Part shown: piece after piece, positions 1 through 12,700 of the stretch | Layout of the letters: each line of letters starts with the position of its first letter | How positions within the stretch are numbered: position 1 is the stretch's first letter | Translations under genes and position numbers: made by a program | Source of the DNA: Candidatus Omnitrophota bacterium | GTDB lineage: Bacteria > Omnitrophota > Omnitrophia > Omnitrophales > Aquincolibacteriaceae | Assembly: GCA_043803685.1 (NCBI GenBank) | Contig: JAZDJU010000059.1 | Coordinates: 1 to 48,658 of the forward strand | Length of the DNA: 48,658 nt | Direction of reading: 5' to 3' | Notes under the pieces: generated by a model | The model's input: only the letters and a program-made list of their open reading frames with translations | What the model was told of the DNA's origin: nothing | The model's database searches: none

Positions 1-1
1 C

Positions 2-742
2 GGTCCTTCGCAGCAGGGTCAGAGTGTCTACATCCGGTTTCTCGATCGCTAGCTGGATGTCTTTCCCTCCAGGAGTGTTTATCGATCCTTCCTTGGGGAG
101 GAAAACCCCAAGAGCATAAAGATCGGGATTATCCAGAGACATTTCCTGGCCAAAAACCTGGAAACCTCCGTGCCCGGATTTCACAAGTTCTCCCTTTTCA
201 TTAAAAACGGGATCCTGGACCGACCGCAGCCTTGCCGGGTATTCAGGAGCGATCGCCGCATCGATCGCGTAAACGAACACACCGTCCCTGGCCTTGGATT
301 CCTTGTTCCATATCCGCTGCCACAGGGTCTGCTCCAACCCCGTCCGTTCACCGGACGCGGTCATATGCAGACCTTTATTGAGATGGTATCGCGGCAACAG
401 AAGCGACAAACGCATCGCCAACCCGCTCATCAGGAACGCACCGACCGTCTTGCCGCGGGCCTTTTCCAGATTGAAATCGGGACCAAATTTTTCGTTAAGC
501 GCGGTGGCGACATCGGTGATACGCGCCAGACTCCCCGCTCCCTTTTCGCCGCGCTCCACCATCGGTAACCGTTCCTCATGGAACAACGTCCCGACATTGT
601 TCTGCAATATCTGTCCCACAGCGCCCACGGACGCCGGCGTCGTCACGACCACATTCGCATCAAAATCACGCTTGGGATCCCGCACCGCCTCCCGGAGATC
701 CTCTTCCGCCATCCTGACATACGCGAGCACATGGGCGTTTTC
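2..742 (-). other. Further nucleotidyltransferase-like module of giant A (truncated by the window edge)
   Basis: GAFLMSGLAMRLSLL...NKGL, VFVYAIDA and LYALGVF...IQLAIEKP follow the order of NTP_transferase motifs (LAGGxGxRL..K, GD, YGV...EKP). Confidence 0.5.
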
Positions 743-3700
743 CCGAATTTCGGAACGCGTGACGGCGGCCTTCGGAGTAACGACGACGATTCCGGCTGTC
801 CCCGTTTCATACCGGAATCCCTTCGGACTGCTCGCTGCATCCACGAATTTACCATCGCCCCGTGTAAATGCGTCCTTGCTGTTCGCCAGGAGATACACGC
901 TCATGATCTTCTCCCCGATCTCTGAGCTCTTCGAGGCCACAGCATCCTGAATTTCAGTGTAAGTATAACCTTTGCCATCGGGGTAATATTTCTTCCCCGT
1001 CAGAACGATCATGGCAACCTTCCCGCTTTCCGTGATCCCGATAAGGTTGTGGGGATAACGCGCGGGACGCATCTTGACATGAAGGTTATTGTTCTCAATA
1101 TAATACTCGCCTGGCGCTAACTCATTCCAAGGCTTGGCTATCACAGGTTTATAGTCCCAGAGCCAGTTCTGCAACGCTCCCTTTTCAATCGCCGCCCGAA
1201 TCTCGACGGGCGTCGAACCCTTCTTCACATAAGGTTCCAGATCCACCGCTCCGGTAAGATACGGCGTCAGATCGATTTCCGTATAACCATCGCGCTGTGC
1301 CGCTTTGAGAAGTTCAGGCCTGTCCTGGGGAACGACCGGGTATTCCTTGCCACGCCTCAACTGATCGAGGCCGATATTCGCCCCGTACTTTGGCCCGCCA
1401 TCCGGGTTCTGGGTCAAAAACTGCGGAACGTCATACAACTGAAAAATATCGCTAAATTGGTGCGAGACACGCGCCAGCGGAACCTTCACGCCATTCTCGA
1501 TGAGTCTCTGTCCAAAGACCGCGAAATTTATGTCCCCACCCATATGTTTCTTCTCAGGATCCGCCGCACGATAGACACGCACACCGCCCTTAACAGCGGC
1601 GTCTTTCAGGAACCGGAGGTCCTCGGAAGACACATGACGGTCCTTCCAGGAAACGAACATACTGTAAGTTCTGTCCTGGAACGGTTCATTGAGCGCGTGA
1701 TAAAGCTTCCCGGTCTCGCCGTTATAAGCCACGAACCAGTCATTGTGGTAGAGGTCGTGATAGGAGTAGAGCGCAAGTTGCCCCACCGATGCATTGTTCA
1801 CAGGCAGGAGCGGCGTCTCAAACTCAGTCCACGGCCTATCCGCTCCCTTGGGAAGCCCATGATCGCTCGGATACATATTGTTGATCGCCTCATTCGCCAC
1901 GAATCGAAGATATTTCGTAGCCGGATCGATCACATCCACCACCTGTGGATATTGCTCTCGCATCTCAGAACGAGCGCTGCCGGTCTTTGAGACATTCTCT
2001 GAAGGATTACGCACCGCGGTCGTGGCTAACTGCATCCGGAGCGCGCCAAGATCGCCCTTGGCTTTCTTGTAAGTCCGCCCCCCGCCCAAGTAAGGCAGCG
2101 AGATAAGATCCTTCCGATGCTCCTGCTCAAGCTTCGATTTCTTTTCAGAAATTCGCGCACTTAGCGTCTTATCATCAACCGGTTTATCCGAGACTTCATT
2201 TTCATCCGCAACAGCTTGAATAGCCGCTTGCATCGCCTCAAACAATTTCTCATCTGAGAGGGTATAGACATCCTTCCAAGCCGAAATACCATCAATCCCC
2301 AAAAGAAGCGGGTGCATGGCGGTAAAAGCCTTGTACAGTGCCTCACCCATCGGAAGATCCTTAACATCCTCATAACGAACACCCGAAGTGTTCAGAAGCC
2401 CCTGGAACTGCGGGACAAATCTCTGATAAGACATCGCCTCGATCCCGGGCTGCAATACTTTCGGATCGGTCACTCCCGCCAGAGCACGAGCCGAGCCCAA
2501 CAATGCCGAAAGATCCGTCTTCGTCAACCGCGCCGACGGAATTCTTGAAATCTCTTCGGCGATCGCGTGTCCTTTTTGAACGCTGGAAAGCGCAGACGAA
2601 CCGTTGATCTTGAGGATCTCCTTTTGCACCTTTTCCCGGGTCTCGTCACTAATATCTTCACTGAAGATCAAACTCACGAGTTCCAGCCAATCCAGAGGAC
2701 CGTTGACATAGGCCGACAAAGAATGCTCCATCGCACTTTCAAAATCATCTGCGATCCCTAAACGGCTCTCGATCATGGACCATCTCTCGAACCCGCCCAC
2801 GATCTTCGGAAGCGTCTTGCGAACCACCGCATTTCCGTTTTCCTTAACCGTCTCCGCCTTGTAAGGAATGCTGTTGATCATCCGGGCGAGATAACTCGTT
2901 CCATCCGCATATTGAAGCGTCGTAAGGGTCTCATCCCCATAGACCACAAGCTTCTGCGCAGGTTCAGAATTCCCGACCTCCCGGACCTTTCCAGGCTCAA
3001 AATCGACCCCGAGAACAACACCCCCTTCTCCATGAAACTCCATCGGACCTTTCACTGTGGAATCGATGATCTTCGTCCTTGCAGGGATCCGAAGTGTTTC
3101 ACCATTGAGATAAATCTTTGAGCTCTCAATGACCACATGTTCGCTGATCTCCACCGTACCTGTCCCAGAAAACTCCACGTTCCTTAGGAGATAATGAAGG
3201 TCCGCACGATTCCCGTTATAAACCACCGTAATACCGTCTGCCTTCTTGACCTGGATCTCCTTGGGACCGGAATAATCCCTCAAATACTGCTCCCACATCA
3301 GGAAATACTGCTCCAGTCCCGCAATGTCACTGACAACACTGCCTTCCCCGTACGAGATCCCGTAGATCTTCGAGACGTACTTCTGAACAATGGGCCGGGC
3401 ACGCAATGTCACTACTGGCTTTTGTCCGGACTTCGGGAAAAAGCCGCCGAACACTGTCTCGAAAACGCTCACAGGAATACGCGCCAAGCGACCATCTTTT
3501 CCGTAAACACTCTGCTTGTTAAAATCCTCCACCAAGTGATAGCTCGTATCCGCCTTCTCGATCACAAAGAAGATGTTCTCGATCACCTGGGCGTCTTCAC
3601 CCTTCGAAGAATGATCGTACGCCAGCTTCACGAGCGCTTTCTCATTGGGCTTCTCACGAAAATCCTGCATCACTCCCGCCGCATCCGTCACATAGATCCC

Positions 3701-6700
3701 GCGCTGCGTCAACACGCGTCTTGCGATGTTGGCTTCCGCTCGAGACCAGATCTTTTGGAACGTCGGATTGCCATTCAATCCCGCTGTGTCCCAAGCAAAC
3801 TGGCTCATCAGAGGCTCAAGCGCATCCCGGTCCTTGGCACTCAACACTAAAGCTTCCGGACCCGCAGCAGCGATCTGAAAATCAGAAGGAAGTTCCGACA
3901 ACGGCTTGCCGCCAAGATGGATTTTCCCGAAACGGATACGTCCGTCACTGGCCAACCACAACTTGAAACCCTTACCCAGTTTCGGAAGGAGGAGCCACAT
4001 CACCCCACCCGTCAGCATATTCCCCTCAAGGAAGGTCATGCCCTCCGCCATCAAGGTCTTCGACCAGTGCTCGAACCGGATCCCGGCATTGGCCGCGCGA
4101 GTCTTCTCGCCGCCGTCTGAGACGTTCGCCGTATATTCCTGCAAATAAAAATCCCTGCCCATCCGGTCAAGGACACGTCTCCTGGATGTAAAGGTTCCGG
4201 GAAGATCATGATCTAAAGGCTTGTACGGTTTCGCCTCGCCGGGAAGAGTCACACCCGGGGACTGGATCGAGAGGAAGAACGTGATGTTCCCGTTGTATTT
4301 CTTGGACATCTCGCGCAAGAAACTCACGTAAGCCAGATACGTCCGGGGAGTAAAGTTCTGAATATTGATGATAAAGAACGGCTTGAGTTTGCCTTCTCTC
4401 ACGGCCTCCGCAAAGATCCCCTGCAAACGATCAAACTCGTCACTCGAGGTCTCGGCACTCGAAATCTCAAAAGGTGTCTCCGTATCCAAATGACGCTTCT
4501 CTTCACCCGTCAGCAACAGCTCTGAAGCCTGAGCCTTGCCCGGAACCTCCCGGACCACAAGCAGGGACGATGAGAAGAGAACCTCCTCGATCCACGTCGC
4601 AACCTCTACATCCTTGTTCCCCATCGCCAGTTTTTCCAACTCGTCCGTGAAAAGAATGCCGTCATTAAGGACTTCCTCACGAGACATTCCCGACGGAACA
4701 TTGCTTTGCGACAACACCGCCAAGTAATGGAGACGAACGATAGTGCTCTGGCGATCCTCATCCGCAGCATAAGGATGCTGCTTGAAATAAACCCGGGCTT
4801 CCTCAAGCGCTTTCTCTGAAACAGGCTCTGCCACACGATGCGGCTCCGCGATACGGCTGATCGGGTCCTTCAGCGAATCATAAAGCACGACACGAACATC
4901 CGATTCTTTCGGAGAAACAGGTGCTGTTTCAAAAGGAGGCGTTTTCAACCCAACGAAATCGAGAAGTTCCTGGTTCCCGAGCACCTGGAGAGGATCCGCG
5001 CTATGCACCAACGCGTAAAGATCGACCTCCGAGGCCTCCCCTTGCTGCAACTCATAAAGACGGTTCCCGATCACAAGTGACTTCCCATCCCATGGTTTTC
5101 CATACTCGACCACCCGACGAATACGAAGCTCGGCTCCCGTATCCATGCGCACCAGCATCAGCGAATCCCCGTCCCCACTCTTCTCAACCGAAAGAACACT
5201 GCTGAAGCTATCAGCAAGCGCACCCAACGTGATCCCAGTCTCTCCCAAATACGCCGCCACCTGGCGCATCTCGGAACGAGCCCCGCCAACCGCTGAGACA
5301 TCCCCCATGGGATTGCGCACCGCAGTCGTCGCTAACTGCATCCTGAGCGCTCCAAGATCGCCCTTGGCCTTCTTGTAAGTCCGCCCTCCACCCAAATACG
5401 GCAACGAAATGAGATCTTTCCGATGCTCCTTCTCAATCGTCGCAGTGAGCTTTGCCAAATCCTTGTTATCAGCCTCTTCACCAGCCATCTCTTTTTTAGT
5501 CACAAACGCTTGAACTGCCGCCTGCGTCTTCTCGAGCAATTTCCCAGAAGAAAGGGTATAAACATCTTCCCAGGTTGAAATGCCGGGAATTCCCAAGAGT
5601 AGCGGGTGCATGGCCGAAAAAGCTTTGTACAGAGCTTCACCCATCTGTAGATTTTTGACTTCATCGTAACGAACGCCCGACTTATTCAACAGATCCCGGA
5701 ATTGCGGGACAAACCTCTGCTGCGACATCGCCTCGATCCCGGGCTGCAACACACTCGGATTCGTCACACCCACCAAAGCACTAGCCGACCCTAACAGTGG
5801 AGAGAGATCCGTCTTCGTCAGTCGCGCCGACGGAATGTCTGCGATCACTTTGGCGATCGCATGTCCCTTTTGGACCGGCGAAAGTGCGGAGGAGCCGTTG
5901 ATCTTGAGTATTTCCTTTTGCACCTTCCCCCGGGTCTCATCACTAATATCCTCACTAAAGATCAAACTTACAAGCTCAAGCCAATCCAGAGGACCACTGA
6001 TATAGGCCGATAAAGGCCGCTCCATCGCGGCCTCAAATTCATCCTTGATCCCTAAACGGCTCTCGATCAAGGACCATCTCTCGAACCCCCCCACGATCTT
6101 AGGAAGCGTTTTGCGGACCACTAAAGAACTTTCGCTAGCCTTAACTTCCTCCGCCTTGTAGGGAATACTATTGACCATTCGTGTGAGGTAACTCGTCCCA
6201 TCCGCATATTGAAGCGTCGAGAGGGTCTCATCGCCATAGACCACAAGCCTGTCCGGCGTGGAACCATTGATCTCCTGGACCTTTCCAGACTCAAAATCAA
6301 CCCCAAGAACAACGCCACCCTCCCCATGAAACTCCATCGGACCCTTCACACTGGAATCAATGATCTTCGTTCTCGCCGGGATGCTCAGCATTTCACCTTG
6401 AAGCGCGATCTTCGAACTCTCGATCACAACATGCTCGCCGATCTCCACCGTCCCTGTCCCGGAAAACTCCACGTTCCTTAGGAGATAATGAAGGTCCGCC
6501 GGATTCCCGTTATAAGTCACCGTAATACCATCCGTCTTCTTGACCTCGATCTCCTTGGAACCGGCATAATCCCTCAAATACTGTTCCCACATCAGGAAAT
6601 ATTGCTCCAGTCCAGCGATATCGCTGACAACGCTCCCTTCCCCGTACGAGATCCCGTAGATTTTGGCAACATGTTTCTGAACGATCGGACGGGTGCGCAA

Positions 6701-9700
6701 TGTCACAACCGGCTTTTGTCCATCCTTCGGGAAAAAGCCGCCAAACACCGTCTCAAAAACGCTCACAGGAATACGGGCCAGGCGGCCGTCTTTTCCGTAA
6801 ACACTCTGCTTGTTAAAATCCTCCACCAAGTGATAGCTCGTGTCCGCCTTCTCGATCACAAAGAAGATGTTCTCGATCACATTGGCGTCTTCCCCCTTCG
6901 AGGAATGATCGTACGCCAGCTTCACGAGCGCTTTCTCATTGGGCTTCTCACGAAAATCCTGCATCACTCCCGCCGCATCCGTCACATAGATCCCGCGCTG
7001 TGTCAGCACGCGTCTTGCGATGTTGGCTACCGCCCGAGACCAGATCTTCTGGAACGTCGGATTGCTATTCAATCCCGGTGAATCCCAAGCAAATTGACTA
7101 CGGAGCTGCGCCAGAGCATCCCGATCCTTGGCGCTCAACACCAAAGCTTCCGGACCCGCAGCCGCGATCTGAAAATCAGCCGGGAGCTCTGACAGAGGTT
7201 TTCCGCCAAGATGGATCTTCCCGAACCGGATACGCCCATCACTCGCGAGCCAAAACTTAAAACCCTTACCCAGTTTCGGAAGAAGGAGCCACATCACCCC
7301 ACCCGTCAGCATGTTCCCCTCAAGGAAGGTCATCCCCTCCGCCATCAAGGTCTTCGACCAGTGCTCGAACCGGATCCCGGCATTGGCCGCGCGGGTCTTC
7401 TCGCCACCGTCTGAGACGTTGGCCGTATACTCTTCCAGATAAAAATCCCTACCCATACGCTCAAGAACACGCCGCCGCGATGTAAAAGTTCCGGGAAGAT
7501 CATGATCTAAAGGCTTGTACGGTTTCGCTTCCCCGGGAAGGTTCACACCCGGAGACTGGATCGAGAGGAAGAAGGTAATGTTCCCGTTGAATTTCCTGGA
7601 CATCTCGCGCAAGAAACTCACGTAAGCCAGGTAAGTCCGGGGAGTGAAATTCTGGATATTGATGATAAAGAAAGGCTTGATCTTGCCCGCTCTCACCACC
7701 TCCGCGAAGATCGCCTGAAGATGATCGAACTCGTCACTCGAGGTCTCCGCGCTCGTGATCTCAAAAGGGGTCTGGGTATCCAAATGACGCTTCTCATCAT
7801 CCGTCAGCAACAGCTCCGCAGCCTGAGCCTTCCCCGGAACCTCGCGAATAACGAGCAGGGACGATGAGAAAAGAACCTCCTCGATCCACGTCGCAATCTC
7901 TACATCCTTGTTCTCCATTGCCAGTTTTTCCAGCTCATTCGTAAACAGAATGCCATCCTTAAGAACCGACTCACGGGAACCCCCCGCCGGAACACTACTC
8001 TGAGACAACACCGCCAAATAATGGAGACGAACGATCGTGCTCTGACGATCCTCATCCACAGAATAAGGATGCTGTTTAAAATAAACCCGTGCTTCCTCAA
8101 GCGCTTTCTCCGAAATAGGCTCCCCTACGCGATGCGGCTCGGCGATCCGGCTGAGCGGATCCTTCAATGAATCGTAAAGAACCACGCGAACACCCGATTC
8201 TTTTGAAGCGGGAGTTTTTTCTAAAGAAGGCGTCTTCAAACCGACGAAATCGAGAAGTTCCTGGTTCCCGAGCGCCTGGAGAGGATCCGCGCTATGGACT
8301 AACTCATAAAGATCGACCTCGGGGCTCTCCCCTCCCTGCAACTCATAAAGACGGTTCCCGATAACAAGAGACCTCCCGTCCCACGGTTGTCCATACTCGA
8401 TCACCCGACGAATCCGAAGCTCGGCTCCGGTATCCGCCCTTATCAGCATCAGCGAATCACCGTCCCCGCTCTTCTCAACAGAAAGAACACCCCTGAAGCT
8501 ATCAGCAAGTTCACCTAACGTGATACGTGTCTCTCCCAAATACGCCGCCACAGTACGCATCTCGGAGCGGGCGGAGGCGCTGGGGACATTGCGGACCTCG
8601 GAACGCTTAGTCCCTATGGAGGCTTCGGCTTGCGATATTCTGGCCCTGATCTTGGAGAGTTCAGATTCCGAAAAACTCTTATTAGCAATGATCTCATTCC
8701 ACTCTTTGGAGTCACGCTGAGTCGTTTGCAATTGAGCCGCCAAAGCCTCTATTTTGTCGACGGTCGATGCCTCCTCCGCTCGCCACACTTCGAGGCTCTT
8801 CTGCCAGGTCTGCACACGATCGCTCTCCTGAGCCGCCGGCGCAGCCGGAGATGTTGCAGGAGCTGCCGGAGCATTGGTGGCAGGAGGCGCGGTTGGAGGT
8901 GCGCCCGCCTGTGTTTTTTTCTGAGCCATCTTGGATCTCAGCCACTCCACGAACCCGCCAGCAAGACGGATGAAAGTGCTGGCAATAATAAAAGTCGCCC
9001 ATCCCATCATCCAGGGATCGTTGCCTTGAAGTGCCAGATGGAAAAGCGCGCTTCCGTCCATGCCGCCGACTCCAGACCCTACTGACACAAAGAAAGTATT
9101 CGGATCAAAATGCTGATGGAAGTACCCGAAGAGACTCTGAAGAGTATGCGAGTAAATCATCCCAAAGGTCAAACCCAATGCGGCAACCGCCCGATACATA
9201 GAGCGTCTGTCGGCTTTTCCCGCCTCCATCAGAACACCATCCCAATAGTCCGCCACAGGCTTGGCCAAGAAAGCAAACCAAAGCGGCATCGTGAGCGGAA
9301 GGTAATAGAAAGGCACCACAGCCGCTAGAAGGGGCAAAGCAAAGCCCACGGTGATCAAAGCTCCAGATGCCAAGAGAAGAGATGATCCGATCCTCCGGAG
9401 GGCAACCGCCTCATATTCTTTCCTTTTATCTCCGCGAAAAACCTCTCTTAAAAACCATCCCACGAATCCAGCTACCGCTGCTCCCATCCCGTATTTAAAG
9501 ACCAGAGCACCGGACAAACCCAATATACTAAAACCGGCAACTCCGGATATGATCCCCAGAACGATGATGGATCCAACGACCAAACCGACCGCGGCGCCAC
9601 GCCAGGATCTTTTATAAGAATCCGCCCACATTTGAAAAAAAAGCTTTGGCGTCTTGCTTTCAGCCGTTTTGATGAATGCCTTACCGTCTCCATATTTATC

Positions 9701-12700
9701 TTTGTGATACTGGTTCAGATATTGCTGTAACCGATGTTTATATTCAGTAGGTTGTTGTGTCGTGCGCAACATCGGAATCCAAAAAGCAACAATGCTGACA
9801 ACAATAGCGATAATACCGCCCGATAAGCTCATCACCAAAGGCGGCATGATCGGCGAGAGTCCTATCCCAAATAGCAGGAAAACAGCCGTAAATCCAACAA
9901 GAAGCCCGCGCCGAACCGTGCTGGGCCGCCAATATTCCTTCATAGCTTCCGTTTTAGCGGTCAGATCGGCAGGACGAGCCCCCGGGGAATCAACCTTGTG
10001 CAGAAAACGGAAGAAATCCTCAGTCGCTTCGATGAAATCCATAATATCCAGAACAAAAGTAAGATAAGTCGTACCCCCTTTCTCATCGATCCATCTGAGC
10101 AAATCCATCGGTATTTCCAAGAACCTCCTGCCAGAGCCCGGAGCCCGAGCTTCACCACCAAAACCCTTAACACCAAAACGTTCGAGCCCGTTCACAATGG
10201 CTCCAAATAGTGACGGAACAAAGACCATTGTTAGAATGAGCAATCCGAGCCATTGGGCACCCAGAACAGCGATGACACCATAGACGCCCGGGACAAGCGC
10301 TGCAAAAAGCATAATACCGAGTGTCAATCGCCAAAATGGATTACTGAACATTCCCTTGATCGGTTTATCATCAAAAAATTTTGGCGCTTTGGTTCTGGCG
10401 AAACTTCTTCCAAACAATCTCAGCCAAGTCGTAGGAATGTCATTAGATTTCAACCACTTCTCCATTTTTTGGAGCAAGGTCAAGAAATTCATATCGCGAT
10501 CATCACCAATGAGCCCTTTGCCGTCCGCACGAACCAGGAGAGTTGTACTAACCCCCTGTAAAGGCGGCTCGATGCTCGCGAGATCTTCAAAGAATTTTGA
10601 CGGCAAGTTATCAAGCGCTTGAACGCTCCAAGGCATATTTCTTAAATGCCAGAGACGGTAAAAGAACCGTGACAATCCGGAAGACGTTGACTGCCGATCC
10701 TTATAGCCCTGGATACGGACCATTTTTTCGTGCGCAAAACGAACGATCTCCCAACTGTCCGCAGGCGTTGCAGTGACGATCTCATCTTCACCATTCACCT
10801 TTCCGCCAAGTCCGTTATCACCCGTCAAATTGAGGCTAAAGGTCTTGGGCGGAGTATTTTCGCCTTCCTTAGGCGTTACCAAACTCACAATAGCGCTTTC
10901 ACTTAATGTGTCCAAATGCTTAAACAAAAGTCCATCCAACAGCCCCGTTCGTGTACGGTAGGGCCCCCAAACGAATCCCTTTGTCTGCGCGGACATACGG
11001 CGCGAAACTTTAGTCATGACCACATATTTCCCAAAAGCGCGATTGTAGTTCGCCAGGGCCGCCGCGAACATGATGGTCCGGAACAGCATTTTGTGGATCG
11101 CCTTGCCCTGCGTCCATCCCATGCTTGCCTCATCGCTATCATAGAACGTGGCTCCCTGAAGGATACCGATGTCGGGACGTCTCGCGAGATTACGAGTGAA
11201 GTATACCGAGGCGCCCGCGAACGCAAAATTCGATCCATCCACCGTCGTAGAGTAACGAACGTTCGGGATTGGCTCGCTATTTTCGTCTAATTCAAATGTC
11301 CCATCAGCCTTTTTCTTCGGAAGAAGGTCCTGAAACGCAAGCGTATCTTTTACCTCTCCATACGGAACAAATGCCCTATCAGGGGTCGCAGTCCCGCGGA
11401 AGAACGGTTCGTTAAGTGTCGGGACATATGTCTCATAGGGTGCGACAATGTCCCGAATCTCAGGGGAGTAAGCCTCTTTGATCAAGATCCAATTTCGGAT
11501 CTTCCATTTTGCATCTAAGCTCATGAACAGCTTATTCTGTTTTTCAAAATTCTTTTCTTTTTCCTTTACGATTTTGTTTTTCTCATTCTTTTCTGCTTCA
11601 GGCGCCACCTTCGCCGCAGCCTTAGCATTCTCCAAATCAGCAAGAGCACTCTCCACATCGTCCTTCGCCCTTTGCCATTCAGCAACATTATGCGCTTGAT
11701 GCGCTTCAAGCAATGCCTTGGAAGGCTCTTTCAAACCATTCTCTACACCAACGACTTCATCGTAAAGACTACCGCTTTCAAAAACACGGTTAATTGCAGC
11801 GGTCAGTTGTTCCGCGGTCGCATTCTTTGCCGTAACCCACTCATTATCTATAAGATCCTTGATCACGAGGTCGTTGATCGCCTTTTTGGAAGGATCCCTC
11901 AAGGAAACCTTCAACGCCTCAGCGCCTTTCCTGATATGAGTCTTGACGCCAAGTTTGGATCCGATAATAAAAGCCCGTCCATTGCGGACATGCACAGTAA
12001 CTGCTTCGTCGGCGCCCTCAAGAGTGGCCCCCGCGCCGCTTTGAGGGGTCGTGCCGTCATTCCCCCATCCCGTAAACGCACCCACCATTTCCACATTTCT
12101 TGCAGGCTTTCTACAAGCAGGCATATAGACGATCATCATACGTTCATGACCCGGAACAAATCTTCCCCTTCCGGGATCATTGTCGCCCAAGTAGGGCCAA
12201 TAAACTTTTGCCATTTCCTGGAGGGCCGCCGCTTTTTTCATTTCGGCATCGCCCCAAACCCGGGCCCCCGCCTGGAGCACCACGCGAGTCTGCCTAAAAT
12301 TATTACCGATAAGGATCCTTGCAAGAGAATCGATCACCTTGGGCCAGTCATTGGGCTCGGAGTAATCCAAAAGCCACGGCTGAACATAGAGCGTCAGCTC
12401 ACCATCTCTAAATTCGTAGTCGACACCCTCGGGAAGATCCTTGGGCCGATGCTCCCCAAGAACTTCGTTCATATCCTTGACCTGGATCCTCGCCTGGAGT
12501 TCTCCTTTCCGTTTAGCGAGCACATCCCCCGAAAGGGTCCCCGCCTTCTCTTCGGCGTGGATCGCCTGGATCTCGGTCATGATCGATTTGACTTCCTTCT
12601 CGGACATCTCCCACCCTGTAGAATCGATGTCGTCGACGATCAGACCGTTCTTTTTGTCGAGTGCGATCCATATGGCAAGAACGTATGGGAGTACCACAAG

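Noticed and set aside
1973..8569. The 3.3-kb duplication as an assembly artefact or IS pair
   Set aside because: The copies differ by many substitutions and small in-frame indels, and there is no transposase or terminal inverted repeat.
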